Shown piece by piece: positions 19,253 to 31,234 of a stretch of 64,000 bases of DNA. The position numbers were made by a program, and so were the translations under genes. Each line of letters starts with the position of its first letter. Position 1 is the first letter of the stretch. The DNA comes from a bacterium. GTDB taxonomy: Bacteria; Hinthialibacterota; Hinthialibacteria; Hinthialibacterales; Hinthialibacteraceae. A model generated the notes under the pieces. The model worked only from the letters and a program-made list of their open reading frames with translations, made no database searches and was not told the origin of the DNA. Where the stretch lies: NCBI GenBank assembly GCA_963662285.2, contig CAXXMV010000001.1:640001-704000 (forward strand), given 5' to 3'.

Positions 19253-20604
19253 GGCTTTCTCTTCACAACCCAGCGACCGCCTTTGGCCGGACCGGTTCGT
19301 TCGATGAATCCCTGTTCCCGTAGATTTTTCGTCTGTTTGAGCACGGCTCGTTTCGATATTCCAAGGATGTTCGCAATCGTTTCCGTCGAAATCTGAGGAT
19401 TGTCGAGCATCAATTCCACAATCCGTTCGCCGGTTTTTGGTGAACTTTTTGGTGAACTTTTTGGTGAACTTTTTGGTGAACTTTTATCCGGCGCTGGAGA
19501 GGGCAGGCTGAACTGTACCATCAACCCCGCGCCGTCGTACCGGTAGTTGGGCGGAGGGACTCCTGCATCCAGGCAAGCAGCGTTGATTTTCTCTATCCCT
19601 CGTCCCCACGATTCGATCATCCCTGTGCGGAAGAACGTGTTGGCGATCAAGGGATTGAATGGTCGCGAGGCGTGTTTGGATAATAGGTTTTCCACAGTCC
19701 AGTTTTCTGGAAGACGACCTTCATTCCAGAAATAGATTTTGTCTTCGTAAACGCTGATCTGAATGGGTACGCCGCTGCTGTAATCTTTATGAACAATGGC
19801 GTTCAACAACGCCTCGCGCAACGCCGCCGGAGGAACGGGTAACCGCTCCACCCGCACTAATCCCTCATAACTGATTGCGGCCTTCTGATATTTCGTGAGC
19901 AACAAATCCATCGCCTTGTCGGCCTGGATCAGCAGACTTCCATGGATTTCGTCCTGATACAGCAAATCGGCGTCTGTGCGAAAGTATCCGATTTTGATGT
20001 AGGCCCCGACCGCCCACTTTTCGGGATTGTGATGAAACAGCAGGAGGGCGGCGTGCTTGAGGTATTCGCCTTCAGTCAGGTTCAGATTGTCGAGCAGCAG
20101 AGCGTTGCAGTCCGCCAGGACGGCGTCGCTTACCCTTCCGCTACGCGCGGCTTTGGCGCGAAAGTTTGTAAACGATTCTTCCTGAAGATCGTCCGCCGTT
20201 ACGTTGGGCGTGGGCGCGCCATCCCAATGACGCCCCTGCTTCTTTAGCAGAAACCGGTCGAGGGCCGCCCCCTTTAGCTCCTGTTTGGTGCTTCCACTGC
20301 GATAGTGATATTCTCCCTTGTAATTGATGGGATAGGGATAGGATTCCACCAGGATTTCAAGAAGGTCTTTGCCGTTTTCCTTGATCAGGTTCACATCAAC
20401 AACAATACCTAGAATATCCCGTACTTTGTTGGGGATGTCGGTTAACAGTTTTTTCGCGTTGGAAAGCCCGACAGTCTTGCCCCTGTCGTCCTTTCCGACG
20501 ATCAGTTTGCCGCCCTGCGCGTTGGCAAAGCCACATATCCAACGCAGATACTCATCGCGCCAGGATTCTTTCCATTCCACGGATTGGCTTTCGCCGTCGC
20601 TCAT
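19249..20604 (-). CDS. AlbA_2/Schlafen-domain + RecG-C/HATPase-like + HTH protein
   Basis: ESQSVEWK..ICGFANAQGG, LREALLNAIVHKDY, NPLIA, ESWGRG, C-terminal HTH. Confidence 0.82.
   Translation of the reverse strand: MSDGESQSVEWKESWRDEYLRWICGFANAQGGKLIVGKDDRGKTVGLSNAKKLLTDIPNKVRDILGIVVDVNLIKENGKDLLEILVESYPYPINYKGEYHYRSGSTKQELKGAALDRFLLKKQGRHWDGAPTPNVTADDLQEESFTNFRAKAARSGRVSDAVLADCNALLLDNLNLTEGEYLKHAALLLFHHNPEKWAVGAYIKIGYFRTDADLLYQDEIHGSLLIQADKAMDLLLTKYQKAAISYEGLVRVERLPVPPAALREALLNAIVHKDYSSGVPIQISVYEDKIYFWNEGRLPENWTVENLLSKHASRPFNPLIANTFFRTGMIESWGRGIEKINAACLDAGVPPPNYRYDGAGLMVQFSLPSPAPDKSSPKSSPKSSPKSSPKTGERIVELMLDNPQISTETIANILGISKRAVLKQTKNLREQGFIERTGPAKGGRWVVKRKP
19434..19485. repeat. 12-bp tandem repeat x4 encoding a (KSSP)n linker
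   Basis: TTTTTGGTGAAC repeated four times in frame. Confidence 0.9.
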
Positions 20605-21770
20605 GACTTGGCATCCTCTCGTTCATTTAGCAGTTTTGTTACACGCACCGTACCCGTTAATAAGTCTTGCATTAGGGCGGTTTTCTGACAAGTGAACTTA
20701 TTCAAGCTGCTTTTATAGTCCTCAATCAGTTGATCTATTGCTTCCAATACTTTTATGATTTCAATTTGTTCAGTTCTATTTGGTACTGAAAGTTGATTAG
20801 GATGTAAATCATTTCGGTTTAGAGACGGCGATCCAGATTTGGTTCCAAATCTTTGCAAATCTAAAAAAGTATATAAATAAAAAACATACTTTACACAGTT
20901 ATCATTAAAGTTAGTTACAAACAAACTTGTATCATGTGCCCAAAAGTCACCTTCAACATAGTGAACTAAACCAATTGTTCCTTTTCTTCCGACGGTTACA
21001 CCGGGGCCACTTGTTGTCCATTTGTTATGAAACCCAATAATTCCTGATGATGATATTACAGGATAGGTTCCTTCAATTATATTCTCTTCAATAATATCAA
21101 ATCCACGTTGTAGAGGGGCGAAATTACGAAGATTAACAATTTCCCACTCCACCGGAATCCTCCCCAGCGGAGTGTCCTTAAACTCATGATTTTCTTCAGA
21201 GCGGATATTGCCGTGTTCGTCGATGCCTTTGGTCAGCAGGTCCTGCATCAGGCCGGTCTTAATGCGCTGCTGCTTGGCGATCAACGCCTCGGTCTGCTCA
21301 ATCGCCCGATCTACCATCGAGAGAATTTCAGAGATTTGGGTTTGCTCTGCTTTGTCAAATTCAAGGATTTCCAACTTTCCGAGAATTTCTTTATCTACAT
21401 GCGGGATACCAGAACCAGATGTATGTCCTTTGAGATAAGGCTCCCATTTTTTCAGAGCATAAAAGAAATATTCTGTATCAAATTCATCTCCGTGAGATAC
21501 GTAAGTCATTGTTGAAGCTAATAAACCTTTACGTCCTCGGAAAATCTCACCAGCGTTTGAACCATCCCACAAAAGCACAGTATCTCTATCATCAATCCAA
21601 ACAGCTTTTGCGCTTGGCTTTGCGAGTTCGGCTGGTGCTTTACATCTTAGATATTCAGGGGACAAATAATAGGTTGCACCTTCACCGAAATATGGTATTT
21701 GGGCAGGTGGTTTACCTTTATTTAGAACGACCACTTCTGAAAGTAATTTATGCTTAATTTTTATAATCAT
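20601..21770 (-). CDS. hsdS: Type I R-M specificity subunit S (probable ATG 21770)
   Basis: Two TRDs separated by [28 protein letters not shown]; C-terminal ALMQDLLTG; ATGA overlap with the hsdM stop. Confidence 0.93.
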   Translation of the reverse strand: MIIKIKHKLLSEVVVLNKGKPPAQIPYFGEGATYYLSPEYLRCKAPAELAKPSAKAVWIDDRDTVLLWDGSNAGEIFRGRKGLLASTMTYVSHGDEFDTEYFFYALKKWEPYLKGHTSGSGIPHVDKEILGKLEILEFDKAEQTQISEILSMVDRAIEQTEALIAKQQRIKTGLMQDLLTKGIDEHGNIRSEENHEFKDTPLGRIPVEWEIVNLRNFAPLQRGFDIIEENIIEGTYPVISSSGIIGFHNKWTTSGPGVTVGRKGTIGLVHYVEGDFWAHDTSLFVTNFNDNCVKYVFYLYTFLDLQRFGTKSGSPSLNRNDLHPNQLSVPNRTEQIEIIKVLEAIDQLIEDYKSSLNKFTCQKTALMQDLLTGTVRVTKLLNEREDAKS

Positions 21771-24424
21771 CCCATATACCCCAATCCCTTCAAGAAACCA
21801 TCCAACGTTAGCAGAGTTTCCTGCCGTTGCGCTTCTAGTTCGCAGCTGCTGACGGCGTATTTGTCCCACAGGTTTTCCACGATGCGGACAAGCGCCCGCT
21901 TTTCGGCGTTCAGGTAACGGTTCAGTTCTTCGTTGATCAGATCGTAGAGTTTCTTAAGGATCAGCCGCTTGGCTTCCTCCTCGGACAGCGGCCCGCCGAT
22001 TTCTTTCAGCAGTCCATCGACGCGCTCCAATCGCGCATTAAGCGCCGCCTTATCCTTGTTGAGGGCATTGACCTTTTTCTTGTTGTCTTTCTTCGCCGGA
22101 TCGAGCCCCGCCAATTGCGCCTCAACCTGCCGGATCAACTCGCGCGTCTCTGCCTTATATTCCTCGCCGCCAAGCCGTTTCAGTTCGAGTTTCTCCTGCA
22201 ACTCCGATTCTTTCTCTTTCAAAAAGGCCTTCAATTCCTTGATCGCCTTTTCGATATCTGTGATGGCCTTGAGCTGCCGCTGGTATTGCTTCAGTTCCTT
22301 TTTCGCCGACTCGCCGGGCGAATCCTTCAGGTCGTCTATTGTGCTTTTCAGATGTTTCTTGATCACAGTCGCGGTTACTTTTTCGCCTTCATCCGGTTCG
22401 TACTCCACCGCTTCCACTGCCTCCTCCAATTCCCCCTGCTTTTCACTAATCCGGGCTTCCAGGTCGGCGATGGCATCCGCCTCGGCTTGAAAGAATTCGG
22501 CGATAAGATACTTGTCGGGGATCAATCCATGATACCAACCGGTTGTGGTGACGGTTTTGAGATCGTATCGGATATTCTTCCACCAATTCACAAAAACTCC
22601 GGCGGACTGAAATTCATCGAGCACATTAAGTGGTACGAGTCTATCTTTGATAGTGGTTAACAGTTCGTGGCGCACGTCGGGTAGTTTCCTACCGTCGCGC
22701 AGCTGGGCGAAATCGTCACGTGCAATCGTCCACCACGTTTTTAGTATATTTGCATGTTTCGCCAAAACCTTAATCAATTGCTTATCTGTCTCCAGCCGTG
22801 TTTTAATAGCAGGTTTACTATTGATTTCAGGACGAAAAATCAGATAACCCGCCCGCTCTGGTTGAAACAAGGTCACCGAATCTACACGGAATTTAAAAAA
22901 CTCTTTGCGTTGTGTCTCAACCTCCGATTCTGGTACTCCACCGATCAAGTGCGCCTGTACATCTTCCGGCTCAGGATCTGGGGTATTATCCACATACCGG
23001 CGGATGTTCAGATTATAGTCGTGCTTTTCAATAATTTCGGTTGAATCCACCAGGCGGCTGTATTTAGAGATTTCCAGTTTATGAGTGAAGACGTGATCTA
23101 TTTTTTCGATGTCTTCCGGTCGAAGTTTGTTCTGATTTTTGCCCTCGGCGTATTCACGGTCGGCATTGACGAACAGAATCTTGTTCTTAAGCGTATCGGG
23201 TTTGTTTTTATTCACCACCAGCACGCAGGCCGGAATACCCGTCCCGTAAAATAATCCTGACGGCAAACTGATTATCGCTTCAATCCAGTCTTCCTGAATG
23301 AATATTTCGCGAATGAGTTTCTCTTTCCCGCCCCGGAAAAGAACGCCGTGGGGCATTATCGTCGCCATATGCCCATCGGATTTCAAACTGGCGATCATGT
23401 GCTGAACAAACATCAGATCGGCTTTTTTCCCAGTCTCCGTGCAAAACTCCTGAAAGCGGTGCTTAAAGTCCATGTTCTCGCGGCTGTAGTTCTGAGAAAA
23501 GGGAGGGTTGGCAAGCACGCGGTCGAATTGACGAATCTTTCCATTCTTCAAAATCAGAGGATCTTCCAGCGTGTCGCCGTTTTCAACGGTAAAGCGGGTG
23601 ATGTTATGCAAAATCATGTTCATGTTGCAGATCGACCATACCGTGCCGTTGGAGTCCTGGCCGTACAGGAATAAGTCATCCTGATTCTGCCCCTGTTCCT
23701 CGACGTATTGATACGCCTGAATGAGAAAGCCGCCAGATCCCACAGTGGGGTCATAGATCGTTTTACCCGCTTCGGGCTTGACTAACTGTACGAGCAGCCG
23801 AACTACTTCGGCGGGCGTATAAAATTCACCGCCCTTTTTCCCCGCGCTATCCGCAAAATATTTGATTAGGTATTCGTAAGCGGCTCCAAGCAGGTCTGGA
23901 AACTCAAAATTATCGTTGATCAACACAATACCGTTGAAATGATCGAGCAGTTTTTTCCAATTCTGGTCAGATATCTTTGTTTTGCCTTTTACGGCGTTGA
24001 AATCGATATTGTTTTTCAACACGCCAGCCAGCGCGTCGTTCTCGTCTTCAATGGCGGCGATTGCTTTATTCAGCATGTTGCCGATGTCATGCTTGAGATC
24101 TTTCATTGGTGGCACTTCGTCGCCATTCTCATCGATCCACGATTCACGCCAACGCGCCCTGGTTGGAATGAAAAAGGTATCGCTATACGACGTCTTGCTG
24201 TTTATGACTTCTTCATACTGTTTCGGATCAATTTCCTTCAGATGAGCGTAAGTCTTTTTGATTTCTTCCCGCTTTACATCGAACTCATCTGAAAGCCGCT
24301 TAATAAAAAGCATTCCAAAGATGAATTCCTTGAATTCCGAAGCGTCCATTTTACCGCGCAAAATATCAGCGGCTTTTAATAGAAAACTTTCCAATTGAGC
24401 AAGAGTGATTTTGTTACGGTTCAT
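21767..24424 (-). CDS. hsdM: Type I R-M methyltransferase subunit M with long coiled-coil C-terminal extension
   Basis: [30 protein letters not shown] motifs. Confidence 0.96.
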   Translation of the reverse strand: MNRNKITLAQLESFLLKAADILRGKMDASEFKEFIFGMLFIKRLSDEFDVKREEIKKTYAHLKEIDPKQYEEVINSKTSYSDTFFIPTRARWRESWIDENGDEVPPMKDLKHDIGNMLNKAIAAIEDENDALAGVLKNNIDFNAVKGKTKISDQNWKKLLDHFNGIVLINDNFEFPDLLGAAYEYLIKYFADSAGKKGGEFYTPAEVVRLLVQLVKPEAGKTIYDPTVGSGGFLIQAYQYVEEQGQNQDDLFLYGQDSNGTVWSICNMNMILHNITRFTVENGDTLEDPLILKNGKIRQFDRVLANPPFSQNYSRENMDFKHRFQEFCTETGKKADLMFVQHMIASLKSDGHMATIMPHGVLFRGGKEKLIREIFIQEDWIEAIISLPSGLFYGTGIPACVLVVNKNKPDTLKNKILFVNADREYAEGKNQNKLRPEDIEKIDHVFTHKLEISKYSRLVDSTEIIEKHDYNLNIRRYVDNTPDPEPEDVQAHLIGGVPESEVETQRKEFFKFRVDSVTLFQPERAGYLIFRPEINSKPAIKTRLETDKQLIKVLAKHANILKTWWTIARDDFAQLRDGRKLPDVRHELLTTIKDRLVPLNVLDEFQSAGVFVNWWKNIRYDLKTVTTTGWYHGLIPDKYLIAEFFQAEADAIADLEARISEKQGELEEAVEAVEYEPDEGEKVTATVIKKHLKSTIDDLKDSPGESAKKELKQYQRQLKAITDIEKAIKELKAFLKEKESELQEKLELKRLGGEEYKAETRELIRQVEAQLAGLDPAKKDNKKKVNALNKDKAALNARLERVDGLLKEIGGPLSEEEAKRLILKKLYDLINEELNRYLNAEKRALVRIVENLWDKYAVSSCELEAQRQETLLTLDGFLKGLGYMG

Positions 24425-25504
24425 AAATACTTAAATTCCCATCGTTTTTCTATTAACCAAAATCTTATCATGTTCCATAAAATTGACTTTAGGAATCATC
24501 TGCGATAGTAGTTAGCGAGTCAATTACCCCAGTTCGAAAACAAAAAAAACGTGAACCTGTCAGATAAAGGACGCTGCTTTTTAGAAGACTTAGTAGAAAA
24601 AGCCGCTTTTCTTACATCAAGCAGTGCTCATGGTAATCCCACAAAGACAGTCTGTCTCAAATAGTCACCCGCCATATTATTCGCCCCACCGCAACTTTCA
24701 CTGCATATAATCCACTTATCCACCCTAACCTCTCCAGGAGTAGACGTAGGCATGGGTCCAGATGAAACGTATTTATCTTACTGGACACAATTCTTCTTGA
24801 CTCATGATTTTCAAATTATCGATTAGAATACTCGATTTGACGCCGGGACCGCCCAATTGTACTACGCCAATGGGTGCAAATATTATAAGTAACTGGTTTT
24901 TGCTTGCCGATATGATTTATTACACCAGAACAAACTACAGGCGTCAACTGAACTGAACAACATATACTTACAACTAATAAATACATATATAATAAATAAT
25001 ATGCCAAATAAGTACCAAATATATTCATTATTTGCAAAAATTTTGGGTGGAATCGATAGAAAAATGAATTATGCACTACGCTTTTGATCCATAATACTGA
25101 ATAATACAACTGTATGTATTGACTTAATTGAATGACCTTGATGCGTAAGTATTAGATTGTTTGAGTCTCGGCGTTTTTACGTATCATTGAATAGTTATTT
25201 GTTTATTGTTGAAAACCTTGTAAAGTAACTCTTGTTATTTGCTGTTTTTATTCTCTATTGCATTCGACATGAACCGTTTTTGCGCAAAATCTTGTTTTTT
25301 AATGGATGTTTCTAGTGATATCACGGAAACCAATGGTGTTACGCTTATAGGGGCAGGTGTTCGGTTAAGTTTTCCTGTAATACTTATTGATTGTTGATGA
25401 ACATCAGAAGAAACGATGGTTGCGCTTTTAGTCTACCGATTAAACTCGGTTGCTTTTTGTTTGATCAAATCTTAAAAATCTCAAAATGCAGAGGAGAATT
25501 TATT

Positions 25505-27853
25505 ATGAACATGGTGAAATCTTTACGCTTCAATGCAACGCGAAAATTTGTATTTTACGGGATGATGGCATTTTGCTTTATGTTTTCCCAGAGTGGCGCT
25601 ACCCAGGAGACGATAGTTATCGATATTCCAAACTTACCGGCAGGCGCTAAACCCCTGGAAATGATACGAGTACCAGCAGGGACTTTTCTCATGGGTGCAC
25701 CAGCCGAAAAAGTTGAGAGTTTTGATGATGAAAAAGATGAATCTCCACAGCACAAAGTTTCAATCACTAATCCGTTTTATATTGGAAAATACGAAATAAC
25801 GCAGGCGCAATGGAAAGCAGTGATGGGCGATAATCCTGCGAAGGATTTCGGTGAAGGAAATGATTACCCAGTTTATTTTGTGTCATGGAATGACTGCCAT
25901 AGTTTTATAGAAAAACTTAATTCACTTGGACAAGGGCGATTTCGCTTACCAACTGAAGCGGAATGGGAGTATGCCTGTCGAGCGGGTATAACAACAGTAT
26001 TCTTTTGGGGAGACGACCCAATTTCTATTAAACTAATAGATGAATATGCGTGGACTTTTGGGGAAAATGAAGCAAAAAAATGTCATGTTGTTGGATTAAA
26101 AAAAACAAATCTCTGGGGATTATCTGATGTCAAAGGTAATGTTTGGGAATGGTGTTATGATTATTATGGCAAATATGTCTCAGCCGATCAAATTGATCCA
26201 AAAGGGCCTTCATCAGGAACTCACCTAGTAGTTCGTTGAAATGGTTCTATTAGATTAGTTCCAGACCATTGTTCTTTAACAAATCGAGGCATGGGTTCAC
26301 AAAATGAACGACATAAAGAGATTGGTTTTCGCATTGTACGAGAATATACAAGTCTACTACCGACGCCAATAATAACTCCAACGCCAACAGTTACTCCATT
26401 CCCAACCCCCACCCAGACGCCAACACCTGTTTCAGCGGGGACAGAACCTTTTGAATTGCCATTGAATGTGGATATCGGCCCATCAACGTTCAACCTTAAT
26501 TTGGGTACAAACGAATCAGCAACCGTCATATATGATCCAGGGATTGATGTATTAAGCCCTCCAGCCGATCCATCGGGTAGAGAAGCATATTTTATTCTTG
26601 TTTCCGGTGAAAAGTTGTGGACGGATTTACGTAATCTTGATACAGAGAATAGAAAATGGACTTTAATCATCACGGTTCCGCCCAATCAGCAAGCCACGAT
26701 TGTATGGAATCCAGAATTAATTCCCGATGACGGATATTTTGTTCCCGTTGATGCAATGGGGCGTCCTTCTGGGAAATCTATCGATATGAAGACGGAAATT
26801 TCTATCGACATTGAGGCGCAAGGCGGATTTGTTGCACGGAAGTTCTATTACCAAATTAATTTTGAAACAATTCTACCGGTAACCTTAGATTACGATTTGG
26901 TACGCGGCTGGAATTTAATTTCTGTACCGTTGCTCGTCGAGGAAAACGTAGTTCCAAGTAGCGTATTTGGAGCAATCACGCCAATATGGTCTTATAATCC
27001 GGAAATCTCGCAATACGAAATCCCAACATCCTTCGAGATGCAAAAAGGTTATTGGGTTTATGTTGAGCATGATCAACTTTTCCAAATAACAGGCCGCCAA
27101 GATAACAACCTTCCTATTACATTGATTCCAACCTGGAATTTGATTGGCGTTAATCAATCCGTTCTTCGCAGCACAGAAGGAATCGGTGTCGTATGGGGAT
27201 ATGATAACGTCAAAAAGAGATATATTCCTGTCGCGCCAACAGAATATTTAGAACCGCAAAAAGCGTATTGGTTCCAAGTCGGCGAACCAATTGAGTTGTT
27301 CTCGGATACTCCGCCAGCGAAAGTATCACATCGCGTAAACAAGGTAAATACGTTGAACGTTGAGACTCCATCAATTCTCTATTTGATTAATCCATCGATT
27401 GGTTCGGCACCTTTAGCGACATTAGAACTGGGAAGAGACGCCTCCGCTATCAATGAACTCGGTCCAGAAGATCTTCTTGCGCCCCCACCAGTTCCTGATT
27501 CAGACGGGAATGCATTTTTCTTGCTTAACACAGGGGTAGATTACGTAAAAGTAATGCGTGATGTACGTAGTATGCAAGGCAACCTCACTTGGCTTCTAGA
27601 AATCGATCAGAATCCAGGGATACCCGCCTCGCTAACCTGGGATGCAGCGGTCTTTGATGAACTAGCCCAAGCAGAGATTATTGAAATCGATCCAAATACG
27701 CTGCAACCAATAGCAGGATCCTCTTCAATAAAAATGGCGATTACCAATTCTTTACAGTTGGCTGCACCACAAGGCTTCGGTGGTACAAGTCGTTTCTTCC
27801 AAATTACATTATCAGAAAATACCGCCGTTTATGATTGGTTTATCATGAATTAA
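25505..27853 (+). pseudogene. Secreted FGE-sulfatase/CLec-domain surface protein interrupted by an in-frame TGA at 26237-26239
   Basis: ORFs 25391-26239 and 26291-27853 share a frame; RLPTEAEWEYACRAG, GNVWEWC, then VVR*NGS...GFRIVR; PT-rich linker; GWNLIS repeats; GAGGAG RBS before ATG 25505. Confidence 0.75.
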
Positions 27854-27878
27854 TCAAGAATCAACTCGGTTTATCACA

Positions 27879-27913
27879 TGGCGCTACTGATTTTTAGTAG
27901 CGCCAATTTTTTT
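27879..27913 (+). terminator. Rho-independent terminator
   Basis: TGGCGCTACT/AGTAGCGCCA stem followed by a T tract. Confidence 0.8.
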
Positions 27914-27985
27914 CAAATCACTATATATATTAAACACTAACGAGCATGTATTCATGAAACTGTTTTTACCAAAGGAGGTAAATTT

Positions 27986-28357
27986 ATGGCAGCATCCTTT
28001 GATTTACCAGTAATATTGGGCAAATTAACGTTGTGTTTGGTTGGAATAGTGTTGATGGCGTTATTATGTTCATGTAATAGTGAACCACCCCCGCTCACAA
28101 TCGAATACACCCCCACCCCACAAATCCACGAACAAACCATCCAGGAAGTCCAAACCACTCTCGCCAACATCCAAGAAACTCAGCGACAACTCATCCAGTC
28201 TCAAAAAAGCATTGATAACATGAAACTTGAGGCGGAACAGATTCGTCATCAATCCGCATTTCTGAAAGGCTTAGGTATTTCGGGGACTATTATGGCTTTA
28301 GTGGCTGGCGCGGCGCTGGGTTCCAGAGCACGTAACGCTGCCAAACGAAAGAGGTAA
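27986..28357 (+). CDS. Hypothetical lipoprotein/membrane protein with coiled coil
   Basis: AGGAGG RBS, lipobox-like LLCSC, C-terminal hydrophobic helix. Confidence 0.6.
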   Translation: MAASFDLPVILGKLTLCLVGIVLMALLCSCNSEPPPLTIEYTPTPQIHEQTIQEVQTTLANIQETQRQLIQSQKSIDNMKLEAEQIRHQSAFLKGLGISGTIMALVAGAALGSRARNAAKRKR

Positions 28358-28816
28358 TTGCTTATGGTCAAAAATCGAGAGAACAAAAACGATGTAGCCG
28401 TTATTCAATCCAAAGAAATCGCGCAATCCCGCAGCACTGAATTATCACCCACGAAACTCCTCGACTTAATCCCTCCCGTATATCCGCTTACTGAACCAAA
28501 CGTGGATCGACTTATATCAAGACGGCATTGGCTTGAACGATCAACTGAAGTTTTGGCATATTCCATCAAATCCTTCGAGTACGCATTGTCGCCATCAGGA
28601 CGCCTTCGTCAGTTTATCAAATTGAATCTGTTATTACTCTGCATTATTGGCATCCCGCTGCTCATCTTCCTGCCCATTACCGCTTTCGCATTCAATCAGC
28701 TTGTTGATATCACTTATAACCTTCAACTGTGCATTAATCATCTGCTGCAAGCCGCTGTACCCGTCATGATTCTGGTTTTTGTATTATCTCTGATCGTCAT
28801 TATGGTTAAGAGATAG
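28358..28816 (+). CDS. Hypothetical membrane protein (2 TM)
   Basis: 152-aa ORF abutting the previous gene, two hydrophobic segments. Confidence 0.6.
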   Translation: MLMVKNRENKNDVAVIQSKEIAQSRSTELSPTKLLDLIPPVYPLTEPNVDRLISRRHWLERSTEVLAYSIKSFEYALSPSGRLRQFIKLNLLLLCIIGIPLLIFLPITAFAFNQLVDITYNLQLCINHLLQAAVPVMILVFVLSLIVIMVKR

Positions 28817-28874
28817 CGCTTCATTCAGGTCACTTATACAACAAAAAAATCCAAATCACAAGAAAGGAATCGAT

Positions 28875-29222
28875 ATGCTGAATCATTGCGTATTAACCGG
28901 TAATTTAGGCGGTGATCCAGAAATAAGATATACAGCCAATGGAGATCCCGTCGCAACTTTGAACCTGGCGTTTAGATTTGGTAAAGATCAAACCGGATGG
29001 ATCAAAGTAACATGCTTCAAAAAACTGGCTGAACTCTGCGAAAAGTATCTTCACAAAGGCGCGCGGATTGGAATTGACGGGTATCTGACCCATGAATCGT
29101 GGGAAACGCAGAACAACGAAAAACGAACTGCGATCAAGATCATTGCCAACTCCCTGGAATTCATCAAAACCGACGGGCGTGGATTCAAAGAAGGTGAAGA
29201 CGCCAGTGATCTCCCGTTTTAG
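28875..29222 (+). CDS. ssb: Single-stranded DNA-binding protein
   Basis: LTGNLGGDPEIRYT, YLHKG, acidic DLPF C-terminus. Confidence 0.95.
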   Translation: MLNHCVLTGNLGGDPEIRYTANGDPVATLNLAFRFGKDQTGWIKVTCFKKLAELCEKYLHKGARIGIDGYLTHESWETQNNEKRTAIKIIANSLEFIKTDGRGFKEGEDASDLPF

Positions 29223-29253
29223 CAACATCATTCATCAGAAAGGAACATAATCA

Positions 29254-29970
29254 ATGAACCAAGAAGAACTCGAACAACAAAATCCATCCAAACCCAAATT
29301 GGATGATCGCTTCATCATGAATATCAAAGACAAGGAATTTGTTCAATACGCGGGACTGTTAGATTTGGCGCATCAACACGGTCTGATTAAACTGGAAGTC
29401 GAACATCTGCAATTCCCAAGTAAAGAGAATAACAATGTAGCCATCTGCCGGGCAATTGCGACGACAAAAACAGGTGCAGTGTTTTCTGATATCGCCGATG
29501 CTGATCCCCATAATGTCAATAAAATGATTGCGCCGCACATATTACGCATGGCCAGCACTCGCGCCAAAGCCAGAGCCCTACGGGATATGTGCAACATCGG
29601 CATCACCTGTATGGAAGAATTGGGATCATTGGATGAAGTAGTCGGAGAAAACCAGTATTCGAACAATAACAAAAAATCATCATCACCAACTCGCAATAAC
29701 AACAGCAAACAGCCGCCAAGCAATTCAGCATCGCCTGAGAAAAACACAGAACAATCAACTGCTTCAACTCCAAAATCAACCCATGATTCACAACTTGCGC
29801 CGAAACTCTCTGAAGCCCAGCACCGCGCCATTCGCAATCTCAGTAACCGCCGCGGCATCAAAGAAGATGAATTGAATAGTTTGGCTGTTAAGACCTATGG
29901 CGCGTCGGTCGATCAACTCACATTAAGCGACGCATCATCGTTCATCCGTACCTTACAACAAACCGCATGA
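29254..29970 (+). CDS. Putative single-strand annealing protein (Rad52/Sak-like)
   Basis: GLLDLAH, ADADP, RMASTRAKARALRD motifs; low-complexity linker; located between ssb and a nuclease. Confidence 0.6.
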   Translation: MNQEELEQQNPSKPKLDDRFIMNIKDKEFVQYAGLLDLAHQHGLIKLEVEHLQFPSKENNNVAICRAIATTKTGAVFSDIADADPHNVNKMIAPHILRMASTRAKARALRDMCNIGITCMEELGSLDEVVGENQYSNNNKKSSSPTRNNNSKQPPSNSASPEKNTEQSTASTPKSTHDSQLAPKLSEAQHRAIRNLSNRRGIKEDELNSLAVKTYGASVDQLTLSDASSFIRTLQQTA

Positions 29971-30079
29971 TTTAACCCAGGCATCAACCGAACAAACAAG
30001 AAAAAACAAAGGGGACAGGGAACATGGGTTGAAATATCTCTGTCCCTAATTCATTCACTTTCAAAACAAGGAGGTCTGT

Positions 30080-30886
30080 ATGGATATACAAACGCTTCGC
30101 CAACAACCGCATCTGTCCGCGTCGTCGATACAAAGTTACATTGAATGTGGTCTGCAATACAAATTTGGTAAGATCGACAAGATTAAATCCGAATACACAT
30201 CTGATGCCATGCTGTTTGGATCATGCATTCACAAGGCATTAGAAAAGTTGCATATCGCCAAAAAGGATAATCGCGAACTCCCATTGGAGAGGTTACTCGA
30301 ACTGTGGGAATCCGAATGGCAAAAGGAATTAAAAAAGCATCCAGACATCCGGTACAAAGAAGGAGAGAGTGTCGATACTCTTCTGCATCAAGGCCGGAAA
30401 CTGTTGACAACCTATTTCAAACAGCGCCCACAGGATTCATTCAAAGTGATCTCTACAGAAAAACCATTCGCTTTTAATCTGGAAGGTGTTCCAATACCTA
30501 TTATCGGCGTTACTGATCTGATCGAAGAAGATTCCGCAGGTAATATTATCATCACCGATTTCAAAACCGCCAGCAAAGCCTATTCCTCTGACGATATCGA
30601 CAAGAGTTTTCAACTGACTGTGTATTACATGGAGGTACGGCAAAATGGATTGGCGAACCGGGAGATACTGCTGAAATTCGATTGTCTGGTCAAAACAAAA
30701 ACACCCAAGTTCCAACAGTATTACACCGTGCGCACGCCTGAAGATGAGAACCGGGCCGTCCGCAAGATTCAAAAAGTCTGGCAAGGCATTGAGAAAGGCG
30801 TGTTTATCCCCAACGATACATCGTGGAAATGCGGATATTGCATGTACAAAGATCATTGTGACAAATGGTTTCAAAAACGACAGTGA
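30080..30886 (+). CDS. PD-(D/E)XK (RecB/AddB-like) nuclease with putative Fe-S cysteines
   Basis: HLSASSI..C, FGSCIH, E..F, G..DLI, DFKT, QL..Y, C-terminal CGYC..C. Confidence 0.88.
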   Translation: MDIQTLRQQPHLSASSIQSYIECGLQYKFGKIDKIKSEYTSDAMLFGSCIHKALEKLHIAKKDNRELPLERLLELWESEWQKELKKHPDIRYKEGESVDTLLHQGRKLLTTYFKQRPQDSFKVISTEKPFAFNLEGVPIPIIGVTDLIEEDSAGNIIITDFKTASKAYSSDDIDKSFQLTVYYMEVRQNGLANREILLKFDCLVKTKTPKFQQYYTVRTPEDENRAVRKIQKVWQGIEKGVFIPNDTSWKCGYCMYKDHCDKWFQKRQ

Positions 30887-30967
30887 AAACGAATTGATTT
30901 CAGGCTCTCAATCAACAACGACCATGATTGGATTTTAGGACAAATCAAAAAGAAGGAGATTCTTATC

Positions 30968-31207
30968 ATGAAGTCAAACATTATCGTCAGTGTAGGCGGC
31001 GGCGTTGTACAAGGCATTTGGGTATCGAAAGACATTCTTGATACGGTTCAGGTGATTGTGAAAGATTATGATTGTCAGCAGGACGAAGATCAACCAAATA
31101 TGATGAAAGATGAAAACGGGGATATCTGTGAGATGCAAAGATGGGATCAGGATAATTTCATCATCTTAACTGATGTCCAGGAAGGATTATTGAAAAACGT
31201 GATATAG
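30968..31207 (+). CDS. Hypothetical protein
   Basis: 79-aa ORF with AAGGAG RBS in operon; VGGGVVQ...DYD motif. Confidence 0.6.
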   Translation: MKSNIIVSVGGGVVQGIWVSKDILDTVQVIVKDYDCQQDEDQPNMMKDENGDICEMQRWDQDNFIILTDVQEGLLKNVI

Positions 31208-31234
31208 ATCAATTCAAAAGAAGGGAGGATAACA

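Noticed and set aside
24500-25390. Possible ncRNA or gene in the long AT-rich gap
   Set aside because: No convincing ORF, repeat or structure found by eye
26237-26239. Stop-codon reassignment or selenocysteine/pyrrolysine readthrough (also TAG at 12455)
   Set aside because: TGA and TAG terminate other genes in this window normally, and the positions correspond to Gly/Trp rather than Cys/Lys sites
26225-26345. Second active VR for this DGR
   Set aside because: Differs from the TR at many non-adenine positions; only a short GGTTTTCG match
26350-26430. Repetitive ACNCCN tract
   Set aside because: Ordinary Pro/Thr linker codons
30080-30886. Cas4 / CRISPR-Cas locus
   Set aside because: No repeat-spacer array or other cas genes seen; context is a recombination module
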